Positions 10,288 to 18,594 of a stretch of 64,000 nucleotides of DNA are shown here, piece by piece. The stretch is from assembly GCA_001795615.1 (NCBI GenBank), contig MGKI01000011.1:44996-108995 (forward strand), given 5' to 3'. The position numbers and the translations under genes are program-made. The notes under the pieces were generated by a model that was not told the origin of the DNA, did not search any database, and saw nothing but the letters and a program-made list of their open reading frames with translations. The stretch is from Candidatus Yanofskybacteria bacterium RIFCSPLOWO2_01_FULL_42_49. GTDB taxonomy: Bacteria > Patescibacteriota > Minisyncoccia > 2-02-FULL-40-12 > GWA2-44-9. The stretch's first letter is position 1. Every line of letters starts with the position of its first letter.

Positions 10288-10365
10288 TCCTCGCCAAAAC
10301 TAGCATAAAACTTGAACTTCTTCAACTGAGTATCCGCGACATTATGCATCAGCTTTATGCCAAAG

Positions 10366-10413
10366 ACTTCGTACCAATTTGTCTCATAACCATGCCGATC
10401 GGAATTCTTATAA
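10366..10413. repeat. 45-nt imperfect-palindrome stem-loop, copy i (TTGTCTCATAA-N21-TTATAAGACAA).
   Basis: ttgtctcataaccatgccgatcggaattcttataagacaa. Confidence 0.7.
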
Positions 10414-10443
10414 GACAACCCAAAAACCCCTTTCGGGGTTTTT

Positions 10444-10873
10444 GGGCCTGTGTTCAATAAGCCGAGTTCTGTCTGGTCTGCCTGTCGGCAGACAGGGGCA
10501 ATCATTTATCTGGGCCGCACATTACTGTGGGGCTCTAGCGAGCTAACTTTTCGAACCAGGCATTTTCTAAGTTTCCAAAGAAAGTGCCTGGAACGCTGCT
10601 CTTGCACTCGAGTAAGGATTTAGCCGTTTCATTCTCAACCTTTTATCCCCGGTTGAGACTAAGCTTATTAATGATTGTATCAATAATTCGGGATCAGCTT
10701 TCCTTCGCCTTTCGGCTCAGGACGTCTCTAATCGCACCTCTCGCATCACTGTGGACGGGTGTTACCCGCTACCCTGCTCCCTTCTTCGCATAAAGCTCCG
10801 AAGGGGAGTGCTCGGACTTTCCTCTCTTGCTTTTGGCGAGAGTAATTGCCTAAAACACAGGATAATTTAATCA
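10444..10873 (-). ncRNA. rnpB: RNase P RNA (bacterial type A).
   Basis: Minus strand carries the 5' P4 strand GAGAGGAAAGTCCGAGC, then GGGAGCAGGGTAGCGGGTAACACCCG (compare E. coli GGGCAGGGTGCCAGGTAACGCCTGG), then 3' CAGATAAATGATTGCC…ACAGAACTCGGCTTATTG (compare TAGATGAATGACTG…ACAGAACCCGGCTTATCG). P1 pairs CCTGTGTT with AACACAGG; P2 pairs GGCAAT with ATTGCC; P3 is ctctc/gagag. Followed by terminator hairpin aaaaacccctttcggggttttt (10422..10443). Confidence 0.8.
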
Positions 10874-10947
10874 TAACATTAAAAAAGTCAAAAAACAAGC
10901 GTTTGTTAGACAAACCCACCAAAGCAAAATGACAAGACAACAAGACA

Positions 10948-10996
10948 CCACTTGTCTCATAATCATGCCGACCGGAGTTGTTATAAGACAAGTTAG
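10948..10996. repeat. 45-nt stem-loop, copy ii, between the PaaX-like gene and rnpB.
   Basis: ttgtctcataatcatgccgaccggagttgttataagacaa. Confidence 0.7.
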
Positions 10997-11008
10997 GTGG
11001 AAGGAAAT

Positions 11009-11542
11009 TTATAAACCAAAGGTTTTTAATAGTTCCTCCTCTTTAAAACCGGCGGACTGAGCGATCAGAATATCTATATAATCGCTCACGCCTAATCTAC
11101 CTGCAATGTCCGCAATTTCTTCCTCACACGGATAAGGAAAAATAAACACACTTTTTTGAATCATTTCAAACCCAAGCAACTTGATTTTCTTTCGAAAATT
11201 AACTCTTTCTTTATGCATCTCTTCCGGAATATCAAAAACGATTAACCGCCATTTTTTATCCCACTTGCCTCTAACTTTATTCTTAAAATATTTTTTTATA
11301 GAAGTATCAAGCCATTTTCGGCCTTTATTTGTAAAAACAAAACAGTCGTTATTTTTGTTTTTTATGATTCCCCGTCGCTCAAGATTTTTAAACCCCACAT
11401 ATTTTTTTCTAGTTTTGTAGCCATAAATATTAAAATCACTATATCTACAACCCTTATAAGGGATCCTGCTCCAGCCGATACCTATATCTCTGACAACATG
11501 GGCAAGTTCTGTTAAAAATTTAATTACAAAATCTCCTTTCAT
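11009..11542 (-). CDS. PaaX-family-like transcriptional regulator (C-terminal domain pattern W-x3-W-x-L-I-V-F-D-I-P-E…R…L…GF…Q-x-S-V-F).
   Basis: WDKKWRLIVFDIPEEMHKERVNFRKKIKLLGFEMIQKSVFIFPYP matches the PaaX C-terminal domain consensus. A Cas2-like fold is also possible. 177 aa. Confidence 0.45.
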   Translation of the reverse strand: MKGDFVIKFLTELAHVVRDIGIGWSRIPYKGCRYSDFNIYGYKTRKKYVGFKNLERRGIIKNKNNDCFVFTNKGRKWLDTSIKKYFKNKVRGKWDKKWRLIVFDIPEEMHKERVNFRKKIKLLGFEMIQKSVFIFPYPCEEEIADIAGRLGVSDYIDILIAQSAGFKEEELLKTFGL

Positions 11543-11545
11543 AAA

Positions 11546-11590
11546 ATTTGTCTCATAAAGGTTCCGATCGGTATTATTATAAGATAATTA
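11546..11590. repeat. 45-nt stem-loop, copy iii, upstream of the PaaX-like gene.
   Basis: ttgtctcataaaggttccgatcggtattattataagataa. Confidence 0.65.
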
Positions 11591-11634
11591 TTAGTAGTTA
11601 CAAATTGATAGTTATAATGTTACAACAACAAATA

Positions 11635-12072
11635 TTACAACGCTAACTTGTTGGTTTCCTTGTCTAAAATCTGGTTGGCTATCCGGTCAGCCTCGATGTT
11701 TTTCTCTCTGAAAATATGTTTGAAAACGACTTCCCCAAAATCAGTTTTTAAGTTCCACACCTCCAGAAAAAGACCCTGAATGTTTTTGTCTTTTACTTTG
11801 TATTCTCCATTCAACTGCCTCTCCAAGAGCTCACTGTCAACATGGATCTCAACCCTTGAGTCCTTTGCTTTCTCGCTGCCAATGAGGTGCTTTAATTTTT
11901 TCAACGCCAAAATGACCGCCTGATATTCGGCTTCATTGTTCGTAACCTCTCCCAGATATTCCCCGCCGTTCTTTTTGCCGATTATTCCCCCCTCCAATGT
12001 AAAACCTGCCGCCGCCGGCCCGGGATTGCCTCTCGCTCCCCCATCGGTATGAATTAAAAATTTATATTTCAT
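11635..12072 (-). CDS. rnhA: Ribonuclease HI.
   Basis: HTDGGARGNPGPAAAGF…TNNEAEYQAVILALK RNase H signature. Start taken at MKYKF (12072), not the upstream M at 12087. Confidence 0.8.
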   Translation of the reverse strand: MKYKFLIHTDGGARGNPGPAAAGFTLEGGIIGKKNGGEYLGEVTNNEAEYQAVILALKKLKHLIGSEKAKDSRVEIHVDSELLERQLNGEYKVKDKNIQGLFLEVWNLKTDFGEVVFKHIFREKNIEADRIANQILDKETNKLAL

Positions 12073-12952
12073 TGTTTTGTTTAACAATTTTCCAAGGAAA
12101 ATCGCATTGACTATTTACTCTAAAACCGGCTGCTCCTTTATGCCCCCCTCCGCCATATTTTTTTGCGATTTCAGAAACATCAACGCTTCCGCCAGATCTC
12201 AAAGAAACAGTGATTTTGCCTTCGGACCAACTCCAAACAATCGCCAAAGGTGGTTTTTCTTTGCACAAAAAGTTTCCCATCTGTGAAGCAAAAAAATGAG
12301 GAGCATTTACAGCATACACTTCGTGTCCCTCGAAAATAACCACTTCTTTATTAGAACTGGTGATATCTTCTATGACTTTATTTTCATACCTCTGAATCAA
12401 TTTGCCTTGTTCAATATATTTACGACGCGTATTCTCGTCTTCAAGTTCTTCGGCCAATTTGCCCCATGTCTCAAAATTCTTATCAAATGTGTCCAGCATT
12501 AAGCCCATGGCAAAAGTGTCTGGCAACTCCAATTTCCACATGTCTCGGTCCCCAATATATCTTAACAACCACGGCACAGATAAATCCGGATAAAAATATT
12601 GCCAAGCGAGAACGGCGCCAGAACGATCCATCTCATAGACGTATTCATGAGCCATTTTAACCGATTCTTCGGCGCTTTTATGGTGGTCTATCACGACAAT
12701 TTTTTTATTATTTTTAACCACTTCGGCCATTACCTCTTTGTGAAAAGAAAAATCAAGAATATAAATTTCTTTATTAATTAAACCGTCGGGTATTAGTTCT
12801 CCGTGGCTGACCCTAAAGTAATCGGCATTCTCGCCAAACTTCTTCCAAGCAGCCCAGGCCGCGCTAAAACCATCCGGGCATTCGCCATGATAGATTATCA
12901 CAACATCTTTGGTAATTTTAAATTTTTGTTCTGTCATTTTGATTTTTGACAT
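12062..12952 (-). CDS. nrnA: DHH-family phosphoesterase (NrnA-like oligoribonuclease/pAp phosphatase).
   Basis: DHH motif VVIDHHKS and DHHA1 GGGGHKGAAGF motif. 296 aa. Confidence 0.7.
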   Translation of the reverse strand: MSKIKMTEQKFKITKDVVIIYHGECPDGFSAAWAAWKKFGENADYFRVSHGELIPDGLINKEIYILDFSFHKEVMAEVVKNNKKIVVIDHHKSAEESVKMAHEYVYEMDRSGAVLAWQYFYPDLSVPWLLRYIGDRDMWKLELPDTFAMGLMLDTFDKNFETWGKLAEELEDENTRRKYIEQGKLIQRYENKVIEDITSSNKEVVIFEGHEVYAVNAPHFFASQMGNFLCKEKPPLAIVWSWSEGKITVSLRSGGSVDVSEIAKKYGGGGHKGAAGFRVNSQCDFPWKIVKQNNEI

Positions 12953-12980
12953 TTAATTTTTGATACTTTCTCCGCTCTTC

Positions 12981-14135
12981 CTACTGCGCTGACTTATAGT
13001 ATCCCAATGCTTCAAGCCCCGGCAGTTTTTCTCCGGCCAAGAATGCCAGCATTGCTCCCCCGCCGGTGGAGACGAAGTTTCCGCCAGAGGCGGATCCGCC
13101 TTCGGCGGAAAATTTATCAAAAATTTTGAATTTTGAAACTGCAGCAATTGTATCACCACCCCCGACTATTTTGTAAGCTTTGGACTCAACGATAGCTTCG
13201 GCAATTTTCTGGGTACCCATAGCAAAAGCCGAATTTTCAAAAAGTCCCATCGGCCCGTTCCATATTACCATAGACGCACCACCGATTGCATCAGCATATC
13301 TCTTTATCGTCTTTTCTCCTATATCAAGTATCTTATTGTCAAAAACAACAAAATCCTCCGGAATTAGAAGCTGGGAACTATCCAGGTCAAGACCAGCAAG
13401 AAGCTCCTTTGAATTCTCGTCCACAACTGAACTGCCCATGTCCTGGCCTTTTTCTTTAAGCACATCGTTTGCAACTACGCCACCAAGCAATATCTTTTCG
13501 GCTTTGTCTACAAAATTCTTGATAACCGACACCTTTGTTTCCGTTTTCGCTCCACCGATAATTATTATCTTTCCTAATTTAGAAGCATAAATTGCTTTTC
13601 GAAGTTGAACCGTCTCTTCCTGCACCAATAATCCGGCAAAACTTGGCAAAAATTCGGTTATGGCTGATACGGAAGCGTGGTCGCGATGACAAACCGCAAA
13701 ATTGTTATTAATGTAAATATCAAACCCCTTTGATAAGCTCAGGGCAAGCCCTTTATCATTTTCTTTTTCTCCGGATCCAGCAACTGCCGGATTGCGAATA
13801 TTATCCAAGAGACCGACACCCGGGTAGTTAGCAAGGTGCCCTTCAATGTCTTCGATATTTTTGATAAATACCACTTCGCGTCCCAGAAGGATATGAAGTT
13901 GGGGAATAAGATTGGAAAAAGAACTATCATCTTCGTGAAGGTGGGTAATCATTACCACCTTAGCTCCACGCTCAACTAGCCAGTCAATCATCACCTTTTG
14001 TTTCTTAATTCTAAACGATTCCGTGATTTCAGTAGCACACCCGCCTTCGCCAAGGCTTCGGACGGGCATGTCAAAATCAACCCTTAATAAAACTTTTTTG
14101 TTTTTTAAATCGGGAATATCGAGGACAGTTTTCAT
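12981..14135 (-). CDS. pgk: Phosphoglycerate kinase. Carries a 30-nt in-frame palindromic insertion (SAEGGSASGG) near the C-terminus.
   Basis: KKVLLRVDFDMP…GGGDTIAAV…STGGGAMLAFLAGEKLPGLEAL PGK signatures. 384 aa. Confidence 0.9.
   Translation of the reverse strand: MKTVLDIPDLKNKKVLLRVDFDMPVRSLGEGGCATEITESFRIKKQKVMIDWLVERGAKVVMITHLHEDDSSFSNLIPQLHILLGREVVFIKNIEDIEGHLANYPGVGLLDNIRNPAVAGSGEKENDKGLALSLSKGFDIYINNNFAVCHRDHASVSAITEFLPSFAGLLVQEETVQLRKAIYASKLGKIIIIGGAKTETKVSVIKNFVDKAEKILLGGVVANDVLKEKGQDMGSSVVDENSKELLAGLDLDSSQLLIPEDFVVFDNKILDIGEKTIKRYADAIGGASMVIWNGPMGLFENSAFAMGTQKIAEAIVESKAYKIVGGGDTIAAVSKFKIFDKFSAEGGSASGGNFVSTGGGAMLAFLAGEKLPGLEALGYYKSAQ
13080..13109. repeat. 30-nt GC-rich double mini-hairpin, in frame within pgk.
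   Basis: tccgcc-aga-ggcgga tccgcc-ttc-ggcgga, encoding SAEGGSASGG relative to canonical PGK. Confidence 0.8.
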
Positions 14136-14935
14136 AAAATTTTTGAAACAGTGGCTAAAATTTTTACAAACTCTTCTTTATTTACACTTGCACCGCCTAC
14201 CAAAACACCGTCAAATTGATTATTTTGTAAAAATTCCCGGGCATTAGCAGAAGTGATGGAACCGCCATATAAATAGGTCTTAGGTTTTAGGTTATAGGTT
14301 TTAGATAAAACTTCTTTGATTATAAATATTGACTCCGCAGCACTTTCGGGGGTATCGGAACGGGCGCCGGGAGTCGTGCTTATCGCCCAGACCGGCTCAT
14401 AGGCAATGATACACCGTGTGACTTCATCAGCCGAAAGACCGGCAAAAGTTGCTTCGACTTGTTTTTTTATGAAATCCTTCCAGCCGGAGGCTGGTTCGCC
14501 TTCGGCGGAAAAATCTCTTTCTCTCTCGCCTATGCAGACTATCGGTACCATTTCATTCCTTAAGACGGCCTTAAGTTTTTTATTTACCGTTTCGTTAGAC
14601 TCGTTTAACTTCCATCTTCTTTCGGAGTGGCCAACAATGACATATCCCACACCGAGTTTGCACAACATCGATCCAGAGACCTCGCCGGTTAGAGCCGTTT
14701 TGTCGTCTATCGATATGTCCTGCGCGCCAAGTTCCGCCTGATGTTCCAAGTGTGATGTTTTTAAAATCTTTCCGACTTCCTCAGTAAAAACAAAGGGGGG
14801 ACAAAATATCAGTCCGAATCTTTCGGCTTCCGATAAAGAACCGAGGTATTTGTCAGCCGAATCCAGAATCTCGACCGCTTCGGCCAGCGAATCGGGATGA
14901 TTCTTCCAATTGGCCACAATCAGTTGTTTAGTCAT
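14132..14935 (-). CDS. tpiA: Triosephosphate isomerase. Carries a 30-nt in-frame palindromic insertion (SAEGEPASGW).
   Basis: ANWKNHP…VGHSERR…CIGE…YEPVWAISTTPG TIM signatures. ATGA overlap with pgk. Confidence 0.9.
   Translation of the reverse strand: MTKQLIVANWKNHPDSLAEAVEILDSADKYLGSLSEAERFGLIFCPPFVFTEEVGKILKTSHLEHQAELGAQDISIDDKTALTGEVSGSMLCKLGVGYVIVGHSERRWKLNESNETVNKKLKAVLRNEMVPIVCIGERERDFSAEGEPASGWKDFIKKQVEATFAGLSADEVTRCIIAYEPVWAISTTPGARSDTPESAAESIFIIKEVLSKTYNLKPKTYLYGGSITSANAREFLQNNQFDGVLVGGASVNKEEFVKILATVSKIL
14480..14509. repeat. 30-nt GC-rich double mini-hairpin, in frame within tpiA.
   Basis: ccagcc-gga-ggctgg ttcgcc-ttc-ggcgga, encoding SAEGEPASGW. Confidence 0.8.
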
Positions 14936-15554
14936 GAGTTAAGTGCCTCTTTGTTTTATGGCGATATATATACCATATTACCAAAACAATCAACAAAACG
15001 GCCAAAATATAATTAAACTTTTCAAAATAAGTCAGCAATTTTTGAATATAGTCATCCGCTTTAAAACCGACATAGACATACAAAAAATTGAGAGGCATTG
15101 ATCCTAAAAAAGTAAAAAGCGAAAACTTTGATAAGTTCATTCTTGATATGCCGGCTGGAATCGGAATAACACTTCGCGAAGAAGGCAAGACATAGCCCCA
15201 AAAAACGATTTTATCGCCGTATTTCAAAAACAACCTATCTAAATGCCCAAGTTCGTGTTGAGTTATCAAAAAATACTTTCCATACCTTTCTAAAAACGGC
15301 CTGCCACCCTTCATAAAAATGAAATAAAGAGCCAGATTGCCAAAAAAGTTGCCAAGAGTCACCCACACCATAACGGGCCAAAAAGAAAATTTTCCCTGGC
15401 CGACAAGTATCCCGAAAGCCGGCAAAATTATTTCCGCCGGAATAAGAAATATGGTTAACCTATCCAAGAGAGATGCCCAAAAAACACCGGCGTAGCCAAG
15501 AGATCCAAGAAATCCGACAGCTTTATCTATGGAAGAGGACAGAATTTCAAACAT
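14928..15554 (-). CDS. DedA/TVP38-family membrane protein.
   Basis: Polytopic, with DedA-like G-x3-F…R-x-(F/L) pattern (KGGRPFLERYGKYF). 208 aa. Confidence 0.55.
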   Translation of the reverse strand: MFEILSSSIDKAVGFLGSLGYAGVFWASLLDRLTIFLIPAEIILPAFGILVGQGKFSFWPVMVWVTLGNFFGNLALYFIFMKGGRPFLERYGKYFLITQHELGHLDRLFLKYGDKIVFWGYVLPSSRSVIPIPAGISRMNLSKFSLFTFLGSMPLNFLYVYVGFKADDYIQKLLTYFEKFNYILAVLLIVLVIWYIYRHKTKRHLTHD

Positions 15555-15569
15555 GGTTCAACAAGCTCA

Positions 15570-16598
15570 CTATAAATTAGTTTCTCTTAACAATTTTGCC
15601 GCTTCGTCCGGATCAACCGTATTTACAAACACGTTCGTCCCCAGCTCCATTCCCGCCGCAATGGAAAAACGAGGCATTATCTCAATGTGCCAGTGATAAA
15701 AATCATAAAGACCGGAACTGTCCTTTTTAATCGGCGAAGTGTGGACGAAAAATGTGTAGTCGGGGTTGTTAAGCGCAACATACAACTTTTTTAAAGTCTT
15801 GTTTAAAATTTCCGCCAAGAGCATAAAATCTTCATCTTTTGTATCCCCGAAATTGGAATTTTTCTTTTTGGGGAATATCCTTACCTCATAAGGAGTGCGG
15901 CTTACGAAAGGACAAAGGGCAATAAATTTTTCATTTTCGTAAATAATTCTTTTGTTCTGGTCTGCCTCCCACTCTAAAAGCATCTCATGGATTTTCTCCC
16001 CCGTTCTCTCAAAAAATTCTTTCGCTCCTTTAATATTCTTCAAAATACCCGGCGGTATTATGGGCATGGATAAAATCTGGGAATGGTTGTGGTAAACAGT
16101 TGCCCCGGCGAAGAAACCGTGATTGTGAAATATCAATACATAGTCACCGCATTCGTCTTGAGATATGGAGTTGTACCGGTCTTTATAAACCCTAAGCACT
16201 TCCGCCGTTTCTTCGTCCGTAAATTGAGCAAAACTTTTATCATGGTCACGGGTAATAACAAGCTCATGGAATCCAAAACCGTCTGCGACTAAAAAGGGGC
16301 CGATGTTCCGAGGCGGCACGCAAAACCCGTCGGCAAGAGCCGGATACTTATTCTTTACAACTTGAGTCGTCCACTCCCTGGCAGATTCCTTTTCCCAGAC
16401 AACTTTTTGACCTTTATTGTAAACAAGAATCGGATCTCTATGGTCTGACCTTTGGGGATCTTCAAAGGGACAGGTTTCTTTGTCTTGATAAAGCTGACTA
16501 TGTTTAGTGGTCTCTTGGGGACTTGGTTTTTTAGCTCTTTCGGTAGAAATTAAAACCCAGTCGCCGGAAACAATATCTTGTCGGAATTCATTGAGCAT
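15570..16598 (-). CDS. galT: Galactose-1-phosphate uridylyltransferase (HIT-family GalT).
   Basis: FHNHGFFAGATVYHNHSQILS (H-x-H-x-Q), CPFVSRTPYEVRIFP, HWHIEIMPR. 342 aa. Confidence 0.7.
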   Translation of the reverse strand: MLNEFRQDIVSGDWVLISTERAKKPSPQETTKHSQLYQDKETCPFEDPQRSDHRDPILVYNKGQKVVWEKESAREWTTQVVKNKYPALADGFCVPPRNIGPFLVADGFGFHELVITRDHDKSFAQFTDEETAEVLRVYKDRYNSISQDECGDYVLIFHNHGFFAGATVYHNHSQILSMPIIPPGILKNIKGAKEFFERTGEKIHEMLLEWEADQNKRIIYENEKFIALCPFVSRTPYEVRIFPKKKNSNFGDTKDEDFMLLAEILNKTLKKLYVALNNPDYTFFVHTSPIKKDSSGLYDFYHWHIEIMPRFSIAAGMELGTNVFVNTVDPDEAAKLLRETNL

Positions 16599-16610
16599 CG
16601 CTTCGCTTGT

Positions 16611-16695
16611 GTAATACGAATTTTACAAATATCACACGAATACTGCGAATAATTCGTGGTATTCGTATACCATTCGTAGTATTCAGATTATGTTA
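16611..16695. repeat. ACGAAT-rich leader element, copy B, between GT2 and galT, ending about 12 nt upstream of the galT ATG.
   Basis: gtaatacgaattttacaaatatcacacgaatactgcgaataattcgtggtattcgtataccattcgtagtattcag. Confidence 0.8.
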
Positions 16696-17430
16696 ATCGT
16701 ACTTGCCAGTCATCAGATTCCATCTTATTTTAACTGTTTCCATAAGAACTTGGAAATACGCTTTTAGGCCGACATGGGACTCGGCGGCATTTTTCCAATC
16801 AACGGGAACTTCTTTTATCTTGTAGCCGAACTTCCTTGCCAAAGCAAGCACCTCGACATCAAATCCCCATCTTTCAATCGTAAGTTTGGGAAATATTTTC
16901 TCTGCCGCTTCGGCAGTGAAAAGTTTAAATCCTCTTTGGGTATCATTTATCCCGGGCACAGCCATAATTTGAATGAATAAATTGCCCATTTTACCAAAAA
17001 GACGGCGCCAGGCCGGTTCGCTTCCGGCGGCAACTTTATGGCCTGAAATAGCTATGGAACCGATAACCACTGAGTATCCTTCGCTTATATAAGGAATGAA
17101 CTTCTCCAAATGGTCCATAGAAGTTGAGTTATCAGCATCAGTGAAAAGACGCAGATCGCCGCTTGCTTTGGTCATGCCTTGCTTTACAGCATAACCCTTG
17201 CCACGGTTTATTTCGTAATCAAGAAGTTGAAGTGTTGAAAGCTCGGTTTTTAACAAACGGACAATATCATTGGTCTTATCTTTTGATCCGTCGGTAACAA
17301 CTAAAATTTCATGATCAATGTTTTTATCTTTCAGATAACAAAAAATGGGCCTGATAGTCTTTTCAATATTCTTCTCCTCATTGTAAGCAGGAATGATGAC
17401 GGATAAAAACATATAAATTATAATAACCAA
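16693..17430 (-). CDS. Glycosyltransferase family 2 (dolichyl/polyprenyl-phosphate sugar synthase-like).
   Basis: MFLSVIIPAYNEEKNI…VVTDGSKDKT…DADNS GT2 motifs. Contains a degenerate copy of the mini-hairpin insertion (AAGSEPAW). Confidence 0.8.
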   Translation of the reverse strand: MVIIIYMFLSVIIPAYNEEKNIEKTIRPIFCYLKDKNIDHEILVVTDGSKDKTNDIVRLLKTELSTLQLLDYEINRGKGYAVKQGMTKASGDLRLFTDADNSTSMDHLEKFIPYISEGYSVVIGSIAISGHKVAAGSEPAWRRLFGKMGNLFIQIMAVPGINDTQRGFKLFTAEAAEKIFPKLTIERWGFDVEVLALARKFGYKIKEVPVDWKNAAESHVGLKAYFQVLMETVKIRWNLMTGKYD

Positions 17431-17643
17431 CGGTCAATATCTAATACCAAATAACCAATAACCAACATCCAATAAAACAATTAAAAAATATTTTAAATAA
17501 CCAAACCCGTAATTGTTTTAAACATTATATAATCGTTTATTTATTGGTTATTGGTGATTGAATATTGGTTATTTGTTAATTATTCAGTAGCTTTAATCTA
17601 TCACAATTTGACCCTTTATTCAAACTCGCATAATCTTAATTGA

Positions 17644-18522
17644 ATGACTGGAGAAATTGCTCAAATACCTCTCGATAACAAATACTACCCAAAATTACTG
17701 GCTCAAATTCCTGACCCTCCGAAAAAATTGTACTGCCGGGGAAACTTAAATCTGCTGGACAGCGAATGTTTTGCCGTAGTCGGAACAAGAAAATTAACTT
17801 CTTACGGGAAAGAAGCTGCGCAAAAAATCACCACTGGTTTGGTTCAGTCCGGATTTACAATAGTAAGCGGGCTGGCAATGGGTATTGACGCCGTGGCCCA
17901 TCAGACGACCTTAAATAACGGCGGCAAAACAATTGCCGTGCTGGGAGGCGGGGTTGACGATAAAAGCATTGGCCCTCAAATAAATTTTAAGTTGGCAATA
18001 GATATTTTAAAAAATCACGGTCTAATAATATCCGAGTATCCTGAAGGATTTCATGCCAACGAAAAAACCTTCCCTCAAAGAAACAGGATAATAAGCGGGC
18101 TATCGAGAGGCATATTGGTTATTGAGGCAGACGAGAAAAGCGGAGCGTTAATAACCGCTCACTGCGCCCTTGATCAAAACCGTGATGTTTTTGCCATACC
18201 GGGAAGTATTTTTTCTTCCAAGTCATTCGGACCAAATGAACTAATTAAAAGGGGGGCGAAATCGGTCACATCGGTTCAGGATATAATCGACGAATATGGT
18301 TACAACTTGAATATTTTTGATAAAAAGCGTAATACTATATCCACAAATAATCCTGTCGAGAAAAGTATTATTGCTATACTTGAAGAGAAGGGGGAAGCCA
18401 CCATGGATGAAATGATAAGAGAATCTGCGGAAGAAACTTCAAAAACAATCGCGACAATATCAACACTTGAAATGCGAGGAATAATAAAAGAAACGGGAAA
18501 TGGAAAATACAGAATAGCATAA
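17644..18522 (+). CDS. dprA: DNA processing protein DprA/Smf.
   Basis: AVVGTRKLTSYGKEAA…IVSGLAMGIDAVAHQTTL…TIAVLGGGVD Rossmann-like DprA core. 292 aa. Confidence 0.8.
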   Translation: MTGEIAQIPLDNKYYPKLLAQIPDPPKKLYCRGNLNLLDSECFAVVGTRKLTSYGKEAAQKITTGLVQSGFTIVSGLAMGIDAVAHQTTLNNGGKTIAVLGGGVDDKSIGPQINFKLAIDILKNHGLIISEYPEGFHANEKTFPQRNRIISGLSRGILVIEADEKSGALITAHCALDQNRDVFAIPGSIFSSKSFGPNELIKRGAKSVTSVQDIIDEYGYNLNIFDKKRNTISTNNPVEKSIIAILEEKGEATMDEMIRESAEETSKTIATISTLEMRGIIKETGNGKYRIA

Positions 18523-18523
18523 A

Positions 18524-18592
18524 TATAATACGAATGCCACGAATAGTTATTCGCAGTATTCGTGTGATATTCGTAGAATTCGTATTACACTT
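18524..18592. repeat. ACGAAT-rich leader element, copy C (opposite genomic orientation, same orientation relative to transcription), ending 5 nt upstream of the topA ATG.
   Basis: Reverse complement gtgtaatacgaattctacgaatatcacacgaatactgcgaataactattcgtggcattcg matches B and D. Confidence 0.8.
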
Positions 18593-18594
18593 TA

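Noticed and set aside
10284-10505. 73-aa ORF on the minus strand
   Set aside because: It overlaps the 3' half of RNase P RNA and its terminator, so it is an ORF-finder artefact.
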